DNA from: Octopus vulgaris
Taxonomy: Eukaryota
Reading direction: 5' to 3'
Assembly (NCBI GenBank): GCA_951406725.2
Contig: OX597838.1
Location: 8,928,001-8,992,000, forward strand
DNA length: 64,000 bases
The first letter of the stretch is position 1, and each line of letters opens with the position of its first letter. Positions 1-13,900 of this stretch are shown here, one piece after another. Under the pieces are notes generated by a model. The model worked only from the letters and a program-made list of their open reading frames with translations. It ran no database searches and was not told where the DNA came from. Made by a program: the position numbers and the translations under genes.

Positions 1-48
1 ATATTATAAATATATATATATATATATTATAAATATATATATATATAT

Positions 49-86
<38 letters not shown>

Positions 87-107
87 ATTATAAATGTATA
101 TATATAT

Positions 108-317
108 ACTCTTTACTCTTTTACTTGTTTCAGTCATTTTGACTGCGGCCATGCTGGAGCACCGCCTTTAGTCGAGCAAATCGACCCCGGGACTTATTCT
201 TTGTAAGCCCAGTGCTTATTCTATCGGTCTCTTTTGCCGAACCGCTAAGTGACGGGGACGTGAACACACCAGCATCGGTTGTCAAGCAATGCTAGGGGGA
301 CAAACACAGACAAACAA

Positions 318-352
<35 letters not shown>

Positions 353-453
353 CATATATAAGACAGGCTTCTTTCAGTTTCCGTCTACCAAATCCACTCA
401 CAAGGCATTGGTCGGCCTGGAGCTATAGCAGAAGACACTTGCCCAAGATGCCA
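108..453 (-). mobile_element. SINE family A copy (head partly deleted)
   Basis: Reverse complement of the 4455-4853 body. Confidence 0.88.
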
Positions 454-464
454 CTCCTGCGCCA

Positions 465-550
<86 letters not shown>

Positions 551-624
551 GTATTATAAATATATATAAATGTACTTAGTATATATATATATATATTATA
601 TATTATAAACATATATAAACATAC

Positions 625-666
<42 letters not shown>

Positions 667-1059
667 TTAGGGTATAAAGGTACTGTCCGATTTTTAACAC
701 CTTTTCAAATTCGATTTAAGATATTATTTTTATTACGTTTGAGACGAAATGTTACATGCTTTCAGAATATCATTTTTGAAGTAAAGAAAGAAACCTTAGT
801 TTCTAAAATGAAAAAAAAGGAATACTTTTTTTCTTTTTCTACTGCATCCCATACTGCCACCATTATCAACAGCATGGGGTGAAAGCGATCGGACGGTACG
901 ACGCTTATTTAAGAAATTCCACAGTGGGATGAGAGTCTTAAAAATGAAGATGGTAGAGGACATTCCATCTACTCTCGAATATCAGCGTTTAAAAACAATA
1001 GTCGAAGGAAACCCACATTTAAAGAGTCAGAAACGTCTCGTGTTTGGTTTCAATGTTTC

Positions 1060-1478
1060 AACTGTGTCAGATCGCTTGAAGGTAATTTGGTAAAGTGAAA
1101 AAAAACTCGATGACTTCACTGAAAATCGAAGACTTCGGCATTTTGAAGTGTTTTATGCTCTCTCTGCCATCCTATTAATCCATTCCTTGATCGGATTTTA
1201 ACTTGTGACGAGAAGTGGATCCTTTATAACTATCATAAGCGATCGGGTCAATGGATTGATTGTGCTGAAGCACTCAAACAGTTTATGGTGACTGTCTGGT
1301 GGTCTTTTATTGGTGTTGTCTATTACAGCTTTCTGGAACCAAACTAGAGCATTACATCGGAAGTTTAATGTAAGCAACTGGAACAAATGCATGTTCACTT
1401 AATCGGCGTAATCCAATTTTGCTCCACGACAACGCCCGACCGCACCTTTCCAAGATGACACTGCAAAAACTCACAGAC
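1060..1478 (+). mobile_element. Mariner transposase relic
   Basis: Translates with stops to LDRILTCDEKWILY, MVTVWWS..VVYYSFL, PILLHDNARPH. Confidence 0.85.
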
Positions 1479-1479
1479 G

Positions 1480-1840
1480 TGATATTATATATATGTATAT
1501 ATTTATATAAAATATATACTATATTATATACATATGTATATATCTATATAAAATATATACTATATTATATATATATGTATATATTTATATAAAATATATA
1601 CTAAATTATATACGTGTGTGTATATATATACTCACATATATAGATATATTTGTATATAAAATATACACTATTATATATTTATATATATATAAATATAAAT
1701 ACATACTGTAGTACTATATATATATATGTGTGTATGAAATATACACAATATATTATATGTATGTATATAAAAAATATATAAAATATATGCTATATAAAAG
1801 ATCGCCTATATTTGTATATAAAATTTATACTACATTACGT
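1480..1840. repeat. AT-rich ~40-bp degenerate minisatellite
   Basis: tatattatatatatgtatatatttatataaaatatatac repeated with decay. Confidence 0.8.
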
Positions 1841-1850
1841 ATATGTATGT

Positions 1851-2200
1851 CTAAATGGTCCAAATATTGTACCTACATTCATGAATGAATACGCAATGGC
1901 CGACGACGCCCTCTTCAGGGAACCAAGGCGCGTTCTCATAACGCTTTTCCACAGTTCTTGGGGGCATTTCTGGAATCGGGAACTTCATAGTTATAAACAT
2001 CCCATGTAGGGGCCGTGAGATTACAGACATGGAAACAGGCGGCTTTCCGGACAATGCTGCCTCTAAGTCCTTCTTCATCTGTTGATGGGTTGCGAGTGGG
2101 TTGGCATCGGTAATCACCTGAAGCCTAGCTCGCATTTTTTTCATTGACCTTAACGTGGTGGGCGCCTCCTCTGGGTAACTTGTGACGCCTCCCAGAGCCT
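1851..2200 (-). mobile_element. Tc1/IS630-like transposase relic
   Basis: ORF 1851-2144: NPLATHQQMK..VS.SVISR.L (HTH-like) and CVFIHECRYNIWT (decayed first-D motif). Confidence 0.6.
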
Positions 2201-2819
2201 TAGATCGCTACTATGGATCGGGCACTACTACCTCTTTTAATGCCAACATGTGTCTGCCTGTTGCATGTAATCGGTTTGAGGCCCCTCGAAGGCGTCATCT
2301 AGGCTTGCCCTATCTTCGTCCGATATACGCATGTACCTTACGTATGGCTCCGTGATTACAAGTTGGAGGAGTAAAAGGACGGGATATAAAATGCAACTGA
2401 TACCGACCGGTTATGAATATTGCAATGCAAAAAGACTTTCGTGGGCAGAGGAATCACGTAATTTATCTTTTCCTTGTAGCTATGACAACATAATAAAATT
2501 TGCTCGACAAAACATCATTTTTAACATTTCTTAAAATCTGAGAAAGAGCACATATAAATTAAGGCTAAATTGAACGAACTTATTCCCAATTCGAATGCTC
2601 TCCACGGGCATTTTGATTTGAATGGTGTAAATGCTAAAATTCTTTGACCGAAAGTGCGAAATTGAATGATCGAAAAACGAACTTAAATGACTAACTTCCT
2701 GGCTCTAACTTTTTTCGCGATTTTGAATGACCCGATTATTAAATTGAATGACAAACGTACAAAAATGGACTGCAAAAACCGCTATTATATCTATATATTA
2801 TATATATTAATATTACATG

Positions 2820-2850
<31 letters not shown>

Positions 2851-3012
2851 GTGTGTGTGTGTGTGTGTGTTTATATTTATATATATATATTAATAGTTAT
2901 CGCCAAGCTAACATGGCAGTCCAGAAAAATAGGACGAATGCTTCCTATTTTTGTGGACTGCCATATTAGCTTGCCGATAACTATTATTACCTAGTACTGC
3001 TGCCGTAGTTTC

Positions 3013-3059
<47 letters not shown>

Positions 3060-3188
3060 CACACATATATACACGTATATATACACATATATATACATAT
3101 ATATATATGTATATACACATATATATACATGAATATACATATATATATGTATATACATATATGTGTGTGTATACGCACGTACACACAC

Positions 3189-3236
<48 letters not shown>

Positions 3237-3769
3237 CGAGAGAGAGAGAGAACCGAATTTGTTGCTGCCTAAGTTTTGCATAATTGGCTATTTTTGAATA
3301 TATGATTCCAACGAATACGTTTCAGGTCTAGATTTCGATTACATCAGAATTTTAATAAAAAAAAAAACAACAAACAAAAAAAAAACATGGTGGCGTTGTT
3401 GGTGGTGGGAGATAACACATCTCAGCAAAACGTTACAACAAACACGCCATGTTTGAAGTTATCTGTCCGCCATCCCACTTTTGTTTTTTTGTTCGTTTTC
3501 GTTGTTATTTTGAAGATCAAATTCCAATACTCGTAATCCGCACCATCAGAGAAGTGTTGGTAGAAAATTTTATCTGAAAATTATTCGATTTTTAGAAAAG
3601 TATGAAGAAACATGAGCCGCGTCAATTATCCGATACCCTTCTTCAGCTTTTGAAGAAAAAAAATCACAACAAATTTCCGTATCACGAACCTATACAATCT
3701 AAAAAATATTTCTGGAAACTGTCATTAGAAAATACGAGTTTCTCAGAAAGTTACATAAAAGCGAAGTCG

Positions 3770-4159
3770 GTAGACCTTTCCGTCGATTTCCGTAAAAAAA
3801 ATTTTTTTTTTTTACATATGGGCTTGCGGAAACTTTTGAAGTAATGAGAGCGAAAGAGACCAAAAGAAAGCGATTGTATGACGAGGGAAGTTCTTTTGAA
3901 GTTACCGTGCATGGCAAGCATTGATGTACATGTGTGTGTGTGTGTGTGTGTTCGATGGGGTGTGGGAGACAGAAAGTATGTTGTGTAAGTGAAGTGCTTC
4001 TGTTAGTGTGTGTGAAGAGACAGAGTAATGTGTGAAAGAGAGAGATAACTGAAATTTCGCTCTCATTACTTCAAAAGTTCCCGCAAGCCCATATGTAAAA
4101 AAAAAAAGAAGTTTTTTACGGAAATCGACGGAAAGGTCTACTAGGGACGAAAGATCGCC
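3770..4159. mobile_element. MITE with long (~80-100 bp) TIRs and 9-bp TSD, Mutator-like
   Basis: TIR gacctttccgtcgatttccgtaaa..gggcttgcgg..gtaatgagagcg and its reverse complement; GCGAAGTCG at 3761-3769 and 4160-4168; the left TIR lacks ~18 bp. Confidence 0.85.
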
Positions 4160-4454
4160 GCGAAGTCGAAGTATCGGGCGCACGCATATAGCTAAACCAT
4201 TTGTCTTGTTTTGCATTAAAATTACATCTTCCCTTTCATTTTTTACCAATTTAGCCCTTTACTTAGTCAAAGCAAAGCATTTTCACAAGTTTGTCCTAGA
4301 CGTTCATGCTTCTTTACAGATTTTCTGTTGGCCCTTGTAGTATACGTTTTTGAGCAATATAAAACTTTCCTTTCACAAGTTCCAAGTTGCTCTGATGCTT
4401 GAAAATTTGGAATGCGTTTCACGATGCATAAACAACAGAGAAATATATCCTATA

Positions 4455-4853
4455 GGCGCAGGAGTGGCTGTGTGGTAAGTAGCTTGCTAACCAACCACAT
4501 GGTTCCGGGTTCAGTCCTACTGCGTGGCATCTTGGGCAAGTGTCTTCTGCTATAGCCCCGGGCCGACCAATGCCTTGTGGGTGGATTTGGAAACTGAAAG
4601 AAGCCTGTCGTATATATATATATAAGTGTGTGTGTATATGTTTGTGTGTGTCTGTGTTTGTCCCCCTAGCATTGCTTGACAACCGATGCTGGTGTGTTTA
4701 CGTCCCCGTTACTTAGCGGTTCGGCAAAAGAGACCGATAGAATGAGTACTGGGCTTACAAAGAATAAGTCCCGGGGTCGATTTGCTCGACTAAAGGCGGT
4801 GCTCCAGCATGGGCGCAGTCAAATGACTGAAACAAGTAAAAGAGAGTAAAGAG
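4455..4853 (+). mobile_element. tRNA-derived SINE family A (~400 bp, internal (TA)n/(TG)n, GAGTAAAA tail)
   Basis: A box (TGGCTGTGTGG) and B box (GGTTCAGTCC) in the head; many near-identical copies in the window. Confidence 0.9.
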
Positions 4854-4987
4854 TATGAATATATGTGCACTGTGATACACAGGACTAATGAAGGTTGAGA
4901 CAATAAGGGTGCGATTTAAGGTTAAATGTGTCTGCTATCTTTAACTCGTTGGTAAACAACTACCATAAATCCTCAAGTATAGTCTGC

Positions 4988-5476
4988 CCTTGAGTATAAT
5001 ACGCAGGGGATTTTTAGGGGGCTGTACCTCTGAAAAATTTAAACCTGTGTATAATACGCACCCCTTCTCTAAATTGAGTCAAGGAGGTCTATATAACGTC
5101 CTTGGTTTGTAAAAATGTATACGGTAACGTCCTTTATTATTATTGTATATATAACATAATGCAAACGTGTAGCTTTTTTGTGCATTTTGTTTGCAGAAAA
5201 TAAAGAAAAAACAGTAATAACGTTTAATAAATGTTGCTTACTGCAAGTTATGGATGAGCCTTTTATGACTTCATTGCTTTCAGGCTTAGCTTAAGTTATT
5301 TTCACGCCCGACATCACAAAATGCGTCTGAATAAACATTGCCAGACAGCAAATAGAGACTCGGACATGGTTTAGAAAATAATTTTCATTTTTAACCTCGT
5401 ATATAGTATGCACTATGGATTTTGACCTTTAAATTTTGGGGGGAAAATGCGGATTATACTCAAGGATTTACGGTAT
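4988..5476. mobile_element. pogo/Tigger-like MITE
   Basis: Inverted repeat CCTTGAGTATAAT (4988) / ATTATACTCAAGG (~5453); right end ..GGATTTACGG-TA. Confidence 0.6.
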
Positions 5477-5499
5477 ATATAAAAAAAAGTCTCCTTAGC

Positions 5500-6000
5500 T
5501 TCAGGTAAACTGGTTGACGTGCATTTTACGGGCGTAAAAATATGAAATTTTTCTGAGAATAATCCTTTTTTTTTTATTAAAGGTACAAGGCCTGAATTTG
5601 GTGGGGTGGGGCTACTTAATTAAATTGACCCAGTACTTAAGATGCCATAAGGATAAAAGGCAAAGTCGACCTCGACAACATCTGAACTCAAATTATACCG
5701 CTACGTATTTTGTCTGGCGCGTTAACGATTCTTCCTCCTCGCCGCCTAAAACTAAATTTTAAGAGAAACCGTATATGACAGTGACATCCTGTAATTTCAT
5801 GGAAATAATGTGACGTAACCACTGAATAAGTACCCTGGCGGCTGCTTCTGAAGTACTTACCCCATTACGAGAATGTACTAATAGTTTTTTTTGTTCGTGG
5901 ACGTGGCATAAGCGAGTTCTTTTAACAAAAGTTTTAAAATGTCATTGTTGTCGATTCTAGTTTTTATTGCAAATTACTTTCACTTTTTTAGGACAGTTTA
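5500..6000 (+). promoter_or_regulatory. Candidate IRF promoter/enhancer: GAS matches 5551-5559 and 5796-5804, CRE-like TGACGTAA ~5811, IRF-E 5976-5986
   Basis: TTCTGAGAA, ATTTCATGGAAAT and ACTTTCACTTT (reverse complement AAAGTGAAAGT), in largely non-repeat DNA 0.8-1.3 kb upstream of the first coding exon. Motif matches only. Confidence 0.4.
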
Positions 6001-6276
6001 CTTACACCTTTTTTTAAATTTTTTTACCGTAAACTGTATTTAAACCACGAAACTTTTATCGTATATTTTTTTTGACGTGGCCATTCCTACAGGTGCTATG
6101 AATTTTTCAAGATTATTTCTATTAACCGAGAAACTAAACTTTACATGTCATCGAATTCCGGAAAAAAAAAAATTCATAGCAGTAATTAAATGGAACGATC
6201 GGTTTATTGATTTATTTAATCAATCGACTAGTCCCCTCACCACAAATTGCCGGCCTTGTGTCTACAGCAGAAAGGA

Positions 6277-6461
6277 GTACTACTACTACTACTACTACTA
6301 CAACTACTACTACTGTTGCTATTATTATTATTATTATTGTTATTATTATTATTATTTATTATTATTATTATTTATTATTATTATTATTATTTATTATTAT
6401 TATTATTTATTATTATTATTATTTATTATTATTATTTATTATTATTTATTTATTATTATTA

Positions 6462-6525
<64 letters not shown>
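6277..6525. repeat. (TAC)n/(TAT)n microsatellite
   Basis: Read directly. Confidence 0.98.
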
Positions 6526-6526
<1 letters not shown>

Positions 6527-6807
6527 GGGTAGTGTTCTGGCAAAATCGTTACCTTGCCATACAAAAGATCTGAACAGCTTTCTTTGATCCATTTTCATGT
6601 TCTAAAGTTCAAATGCTGCCAAGGTGGATTTTTCCCTTTATCATTCAACCTTTTGGTCAGTAAAATAAATACCGGTCAAGCAGGGGTGGGCAATGTAATC
6701 GACTTACAACACCCCACCCCACCCACCAACCCGCCGTCACCAAATTTCATTGTTGAAACATTTAATTTTATTTCTATTTTTTTAATTTTTTTTTTTATAA
6801 ATTCAGA

Positions 6808-7935
6808 ATGCCCAATTACAAAAGAAGAAAACCAATGATGAAGATCCGAATGAGAGATTGGTTGACCAATTTATTAGACAGCAAAAGTATTCCAGGCCTT
6901 GAGTGGCTAGACAAGAATAAACAGATATTCCGGATTCCTTGGAAGCATGGATCTCGTCAGACCTGGAAAGTAGACGATGCTGATTTGTTCGTGAGGTGGG
7001 CAGAACATGGAGGTGAGTTGTTTTGTCTTCGATGCCCCCTCTCTTTCTATCTTTTACTTGTTTCAGTCATTTGACTGCGGCCATGCTGGAGCACCGCCTT
7101 TTAGTCGAGCAAATCGACCCCGGGACTTATTCTTTGTAAGCCCAGTACTTATTCTATCGGTCTGTTTTGCCGAACCGCTAAGTGACGGAGACGTAAACAC
7201 ACCAGCATCGGTTGTCAAGCAATGCTAGGGGGACAAACACAGACACACAAACACATACACACACATATACATATACGACAGGCTTCTTTCAGTTTCCGTC
7301 TACCAAATCCACTCACAAGGCATTGGTCGGCCCGGGGCTATAGCAGAAGACACTTGCCCAAGATGCCATGCAGTGGGACTGAACTCGGAACCATGTGGTT
7401 GGTTAGCAAGCTAATTACCACACAGCCACTCCTGCATCGGTTTTTGCCTTAATGTTAATTGGAATCCAGTTGCTTGGTGCTACATTCAACATGACCTCTT
7501 GTAATGTTCTTATATATCCATTACACGCTTGGAGTAGTTGGCGCTACGTAGGGCATCCAGGTATAGAAACCATGGGAAATCAGACTGGAGTCTGGTGCAG
7601 CCTTCCCAGCATGGACAATGGACGTTAAATGATGATGATGATATATATTATTTATGTCTATGTTTGTTAGTGAAATTCTGTTACCCTTGTCCTCCTTTGT
7701 CCTAGTTTACTGGTCATAAAGTTTTGTTTACTAATCAGTCCATCATCGCAAAAGAAGATCCAGGCGCAGGAGTGGCTGTGTGGTAAGTAGCTTGCTAACC
7801 AACCACATGGTTCCGGGTTCAGTCCCACTGCGTGGCATCTTGGGCAAGTGTCTTTTCTGCTATAGCCCCGGGCCGACCAATACCGTGTGAGTGGATTTGG
7901 TAGACGGAAACTGAAAGAAGCCTGTCGTATATATG

Positions 7936-7966
<31 letters not shown>

Positions 7967-10900
7967 GTCTGTGTTTGTCCCCCTAGCATTGCTTGACAAC
8001 CGATGCTGGTGTGTTTACGTCCCCGTCACTTAGCAGTTCGGCAAAAAGGGACGGATAGAATAAGTACTGGGCTTACAAAGAATAAGTCCCAGGGTCGATT
8101 TGCTCGACTAAAGGCGGTGCTCCAGCATGGCCGCAGTCAAATGACTGAAACAAGTACTCTTTTACTTGTTTCAGTCATTAGACTGTGGTGGCCATGCTGG
8201 GACACCATCTTGAAAAGTATGCTAATCTGCTAAATAACAGCTACTTTATGGAAGACCACTGGTTGGCCATACATAAGAAGCCCCACCTCTATCAAATGTT
8301 ACATAAACTCAACTCATTATATTAAATATGAAACTTTTTTTTCTTTTGGCCATATTTTTACGTCTGATGTTAATCTGCTTTTCAGGTAAATACAACCAAA
8401 CGCTAGGGAACCCAAACACAAAAAGGTACAAAGCCACTTTCCGGTGTGCACTAAACAGTTTACCAGACTGTGAAGAGCTGAAAAAAGAAAGTAGAAAAAG
8501 TGGTTTAAATGCTTTCAAAGTTTACCAATTCAAAGACGAGTGTGAGTATTCTTAGAAATGTAAGACTCTTTAAACCCCGTTGATAGAAAACAACACCCAA
8601 CATTTTCTACATTCTTAATGTATAGGATTGGGGCGTAATTTTTGTGGCTTTTTTTTCAATGAATTTTATTCAACAAAAACAGCTTTAAATGATTATTCCG
8701 GAGCATATTCACCATCTACTTCAATTACTGCTTCCCATTTGCTTGGCAGATGGTCAGACGGTCATTTAACCCTTTAGTGTTCACATTATTCTATCACACA
8801 TAATGCTTATTGATTCACATTGATTTGAATTAATCATGCATTATCTAATACCTTCAAGATCTTGATGGTGTAATTACTTAATATAGAATAACATTGTAGG
8901 GTAGGTGTGAGGGCCTGGATCTGGTCAGTTTGAACATAAAACAGATAAAATATTTTGGCCGGATATGGCCAGTTTAAATACTAAAAGGTTAAAGATGTTT
9001 TTGTTAAATATTGTTTTTGATTTTCTTGAATAAAATTTGCTGAAAAACACCTGCAATAATTATGCACCAACCCAATAGAATACATTTTGGTTGAATACTT
9101 CCCATGCTTCAATATTATTAATTTTTCTATATGGTGTTGCTAAAACAATTTTGCAGGCTTCATAATAGAATATAGATTTAGGTGCCTTCTGCTGTAGAGG
9201 CCTGAGCTAACCAAACCCCTGTGAGTTGGTTGACAGAAACTAAAAAGAAGAAGTGTCGTGTGTCTGCTTGACTGATCAGGTCCTGACTTTGCTATTATGT
9301 GACACCACCTTAGCTGCAGGTTTCATGCCAAAATTAACCCAATAAGCTAATTGAGGCCCACAAAGAATAAAGCTGATAAACTGGTCATCTGAAGAGGCAT
9401 GAAGGACGAACGAAATATGCTTTCACAGCCAGCCCTCTGTGTGCACCAGTTCAAACTGTGATGACAAAAATGGAAAAACATTAGCTCCTTGAAGACGCCC
9501 TTACCACCTGCCTAAGTCCACAAGTCACCAAGCTGAATACAGCAGTACATGTCATTCCAAATCTATTTATATTTGACAGATTGTTCTGTCAGACATGATA
9601 GTTAGTTATTCATGTTACTTTATCATGTAGCTGTAAGATTATTTTTAGAATAACATTGTAGGGTAGGTGTGAGAAGCCAGATCTTGCTAGTTTGAACATA
9701 AGGCCAGTAGAATATTTGGGTCATATATGGCCTTTGAAGTGGATTAATGGATTAACTGACAAAAAACAATTGGTGCATTCTGAATACTTCCAGCAATAAG
9801 TGCCATTCAAATTTAAATTTATTCAGTTTGCATAATTAAATTTATACAATTTACTAAAGTCTGTCTTTTGTTTATTGTAGACAAAAGAAAACGCTCGAAA
9901 CACCAAGAACATTCTGATGACGATTCTTTAAAGGTAAGCATTGATGTATTTTGGTCAACCATTCACTTCTGATTGAGAAAAACCTATGATCTAAGACATT
10001 CCAGCCATGTCCATCCAATTATATTCCTCACATGAATATGAACTTGCTATAGGGACAACAAATAATCTTTCCTGCTATAGGCAGAAAGCCTGAAATTTTA
10101 AGGGAGGGGGCAAGTCGATTACATCGACCCCAGTACGCAACTGGTACTTATTTCAGTGATCCCTAAAGGATGAAAGGGAAAGTTGACTTCAGCAGGATTT
10201 GAACTTGGGACTTCAAAGACTGATTGGGTTATAATAGTTTGTTCTGCATGATTGTATTAGTAATATTATTAATGTTCTAGAGTAAAGATTATTTGCCAAC
10301 ATAACATGGTAGTCCTGTTTTAGGACGAATGTTGCTGTAATTTAGCCCCAGGAGACATCGTCTCCAACTGGCTATACGACATGATCTCTCTCTTTACTCT
10401 TCTATTTGTTTCAGTCATTTGACTGCGGCCATGCTGGAGCACCGCCTTTAGTCGAACACATCGATCCCAGGACTTATTCTTTGTAAGCCTAGTACTTATT
10501 TTATCGGTCTCTTTTGCCGAACTGCTAAGTGACGGGGACATAAACACACCAGCATCGGTTGTCAAGCAATGCTAGGGGGACAAACACAGACACACAAACA
10601 CACATACATATATATATATACATATATACGAAGGGCTTTTTTCAGTTTCCATCTACCAAATCCACTCAAGGCTTTGGTCAGCCCGAGGCTTTAGAAGAAG
10701 ACACTTGCCCAAGGTGTCACGCAGTGGGACTAAACCCGGAACCATGTGGTTGGTAAGGAAATGTCTTACCACACAGCCACTCCTGCGCCTGTGTCTTTAT
10801 ATTTTCAAGCACGTTGTTAGATAATCAATTAGAATTCTTCAAAATTTCAACAGAATTTATTAATCTTATCCTATTTCTTTTTTCTTTTTTTTTATCTTAG

Positions 10901-13900
10901 AGTTTTTCAGAGTCCAGTGACATGAGCTCACCAAAAAGAGAAAGTTCCACATCGAGTGATGAAGAATATCATCGAGTATCACAACAATTTCATGGTAAAT
11001 TCCACTACTGGTCTTTTGTCTGTTTACTTTTCTGTGAATTCAGTATGATACTTGATGGATGGTATAGCATGGTATGGCTGTGTTGCTTCCCAACCACCAG
11101 GTTCCAGGGTCGTTCTGACTGTTTGGCACCTTGAGAGGCATCTTCTACAGTTTCAAGCTGCCAAAATCTTTGTGAGCAGATTTGGTAGACGGAAACTGAA
11201 AGAAGCCCATCATGTGTGTGGACTCAATACATGAAGCAGGATTAATAGAACACAAAAGCTTGTGTGTGTGTGTGTGTGTGTGTCTGTCTGTCCCTCGTGT
11301 GTGTCTGTCTGTCTGTCCCTCCATTGCTTGACCTCTAGTGTTGGGTTTACATCCTGTAACTTAGCAGTTCAGCAAATGAGATCAATGGAGAGACCAAGCT
11401 TTATAAAACAAATAAATAAAGAATACTGGGGTTTATTTATTCATCTAGAAAATCTTCAAGGCAATGCTCCAGCGTGGCCTCAGTCTAATGACTAAAACAA
11501 GATAAAAAAAACAACAGAAGGATGGAGATAAGTGTCTCAGCTGATCCTTATTTCTTTGACCCTGAAAGGTTGAAAGGTAAAGTTGACTTTTAACAACCAA
11601 ATTTGAACAAAAAAGATGGATGAAATGTTGCTATGCATAACATACTGGGGATTCCGCCAGTTGACCATCTTTATACTAGCTTAACCCTTTAGCATTTGAA
11701 CAGGCCATATTTAGCCCAAATATTTTACCTGTTTTACGTGGAACCTGACTAGACTCTAATTAACTCTTTAATTACTAATTGAACTTTTTGTTTTTGTTAC
11801 TTCAGATCAACAAAGTGGCGGCGTCTGCTACAGAACATATGGTAAGAATTTGATTTTGGATTTCTGTTGATCTCTTAACTTGCCAGCTAATCTGTGCCTT
11901 TGCTAGCTGACTACATGCATGTACACAGTATATCTGGGAATTTAATATCTTTCTTGCCCTAGTGTCTCTCTATGTAATATTGGCTATTTTTTTGGCAGTG
12001 GGGGATCTATTGAAGGGCTTCTGTACAGTTTTCATCTGCCATATTCATTAACTTGGCTTTGGTTAACCCATTCTACCATACAAGATGCTTGCCTATGGTG
12101 CCATGCAGTAGGACTGAATACTGCCTTGTGAGGGCACCTGGCTTAGTGGTTAGGGTGTTGTATTCGCAGTCTTGAAATAATGGTTTTGTTTCCTGAACTG
12201 GGGCATTTCATTGGGTTCTTTAAACAAACCACTTCATCTCTTGTTGCTCTGTAATCATTTCAACACCTGATGTGTGGCACAGCTGTACAGGTAATGTCGA
12301 TGTGATGGAGGGAAGGAGTTAGTGCAGAGCACAATAAACAAATCATTTGTTCAGATTGTTAAGCAAGAAATTTCAGAATCATCTTTCTTTGACTCGAGAA
12401 ATTTCCAAGAAGAATGGTTGCTGTACTACATGTGATTCTTACAAAACACCTGTAAATTTGGACAGGTGTTCAGTTATTATAACAGTCTAGTCCAACAGAC
12501 TGATATAGTTACTGTAGACAGAATCATTTGTTAAACTAAATCAGATATGGGTATTCATTGCTTATCACACTTGTGTTCTGAGTTCAAATTCACCCAAGGT
12601 TGACTATGATTTTCATCCTTTGATGGGGCAATGAAATCTAGTACCAGTTAAGTACTGGGGTCAATGTAATCAACAAGGCTCGTTCCCCAGAATTTCAGGT
12701 GTATAGTTGTGGTAAGAAACTTGCTTCCCAACTACATGGTTCTGGGTTCAGTCCAACTGTGACACTTTATACAATTGTCTTCTACTACAGAATCTCATAC
12801 CAACCAAAGCCTTGTGAGTGGGTTTCATAGATAGAAACTGAAAGAAGCCTGTTATATATATGTGTGTGTGTCTGTTCTACCACCACTGCATCCCCATAAC
12901 TTAGCAGTTTGGCAAAAGAGACCAACAGAATAAGTACCAAACTTAATAAGTACTGGGGGGGGTCAATCTGACTAAATCCTTCAAGGCAGAGCTCCAGCAT
13001 GGCCACAGACTAATGACTGAAACCAGTAAAAGATAAAAGATACTAAATTTTTCTTTTATGTGGCAGCAATTTCTGAATGACCGGGATGGGTGGGAGGGAG
13101 GTCTGCCGAGTTCCGTGAATTGGCATTTATGAAACCAAAGTTTCTTAAAAGTCATAAAATTATTATATATATTGCTTTTTTCTTCTTTCTGTTTTTCTTA
13201 ATTTTAATTATTTCTTTTCTTTCCTTTTTCGCAGAAACTCCACAATTTAAAACAGAAGACGGTACGTATCCTTCTTGCAAAATTTACAACAAAGATTTCT
13301 TTGACCTTGTCTTGGACAAATACTTAGATATTCCATTCCTTTATCTTCACCCCCTACCTCACACACAATCACCCCCCCCCCCCCTACACACACACGCACA
13401 AGAGACTTGAAATAAATGGGCGGCCAGTTTATTATATCTTAGGTTTAAATTAACCGAATTGGTCTGATTTGGAGATGGGGTCAATTACAGGTGGGGAGAA
13501 TTACAGGTATATGATGAGAAAAGGCTGCTTCCCAATCATATTTCCTGGTTCGGTCCCACTGCACAGCACCTTGAGCAAGTATTTTTTGGCAGATAAAAAA
13601 AACTGAAAGAAGCTTGTGGGTGTCTCCTTGTCTTGACATCACACAATGGTTATAAACGAGCATTTTTGTGATTCTTTCATCACTTTCAATCATTATAATC
13701 AAAATGAAAAATAACGAAGATTGGTTATTTTGTTATGGATGATTGCACATGGCTCTTTCCAATTTTTGTTTCCCCACCCCTGATGAGGTGGGAGGAATAT
13801 TCTTGAAAGTTATTTAGTGACTTTTCTGCTATTGGTACCATATAAAAAGCACCCAGTACACACTGGAAAATGGTTGGCGTTAAGAAAGCATATCCAGCTG

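Noticed and set aside
4455-4530. tRNA gene-like A/B boxes
   Set aside because: Head of a multicopy SINE; it continues into the SINE body and no full cloverleaf or terminator is evident.
6077-6587. Poly-Y/I/L ORFs (also 2908-3281, 59977-60323, 63384-63848)
   Set aside because: Translations of microsatellites.
13781-13815. CTGATGA...GAAA hammerhead-like words (also ~9390 and ~57175)
   Set aside because: Could not build convincing stems I-III around the cores.
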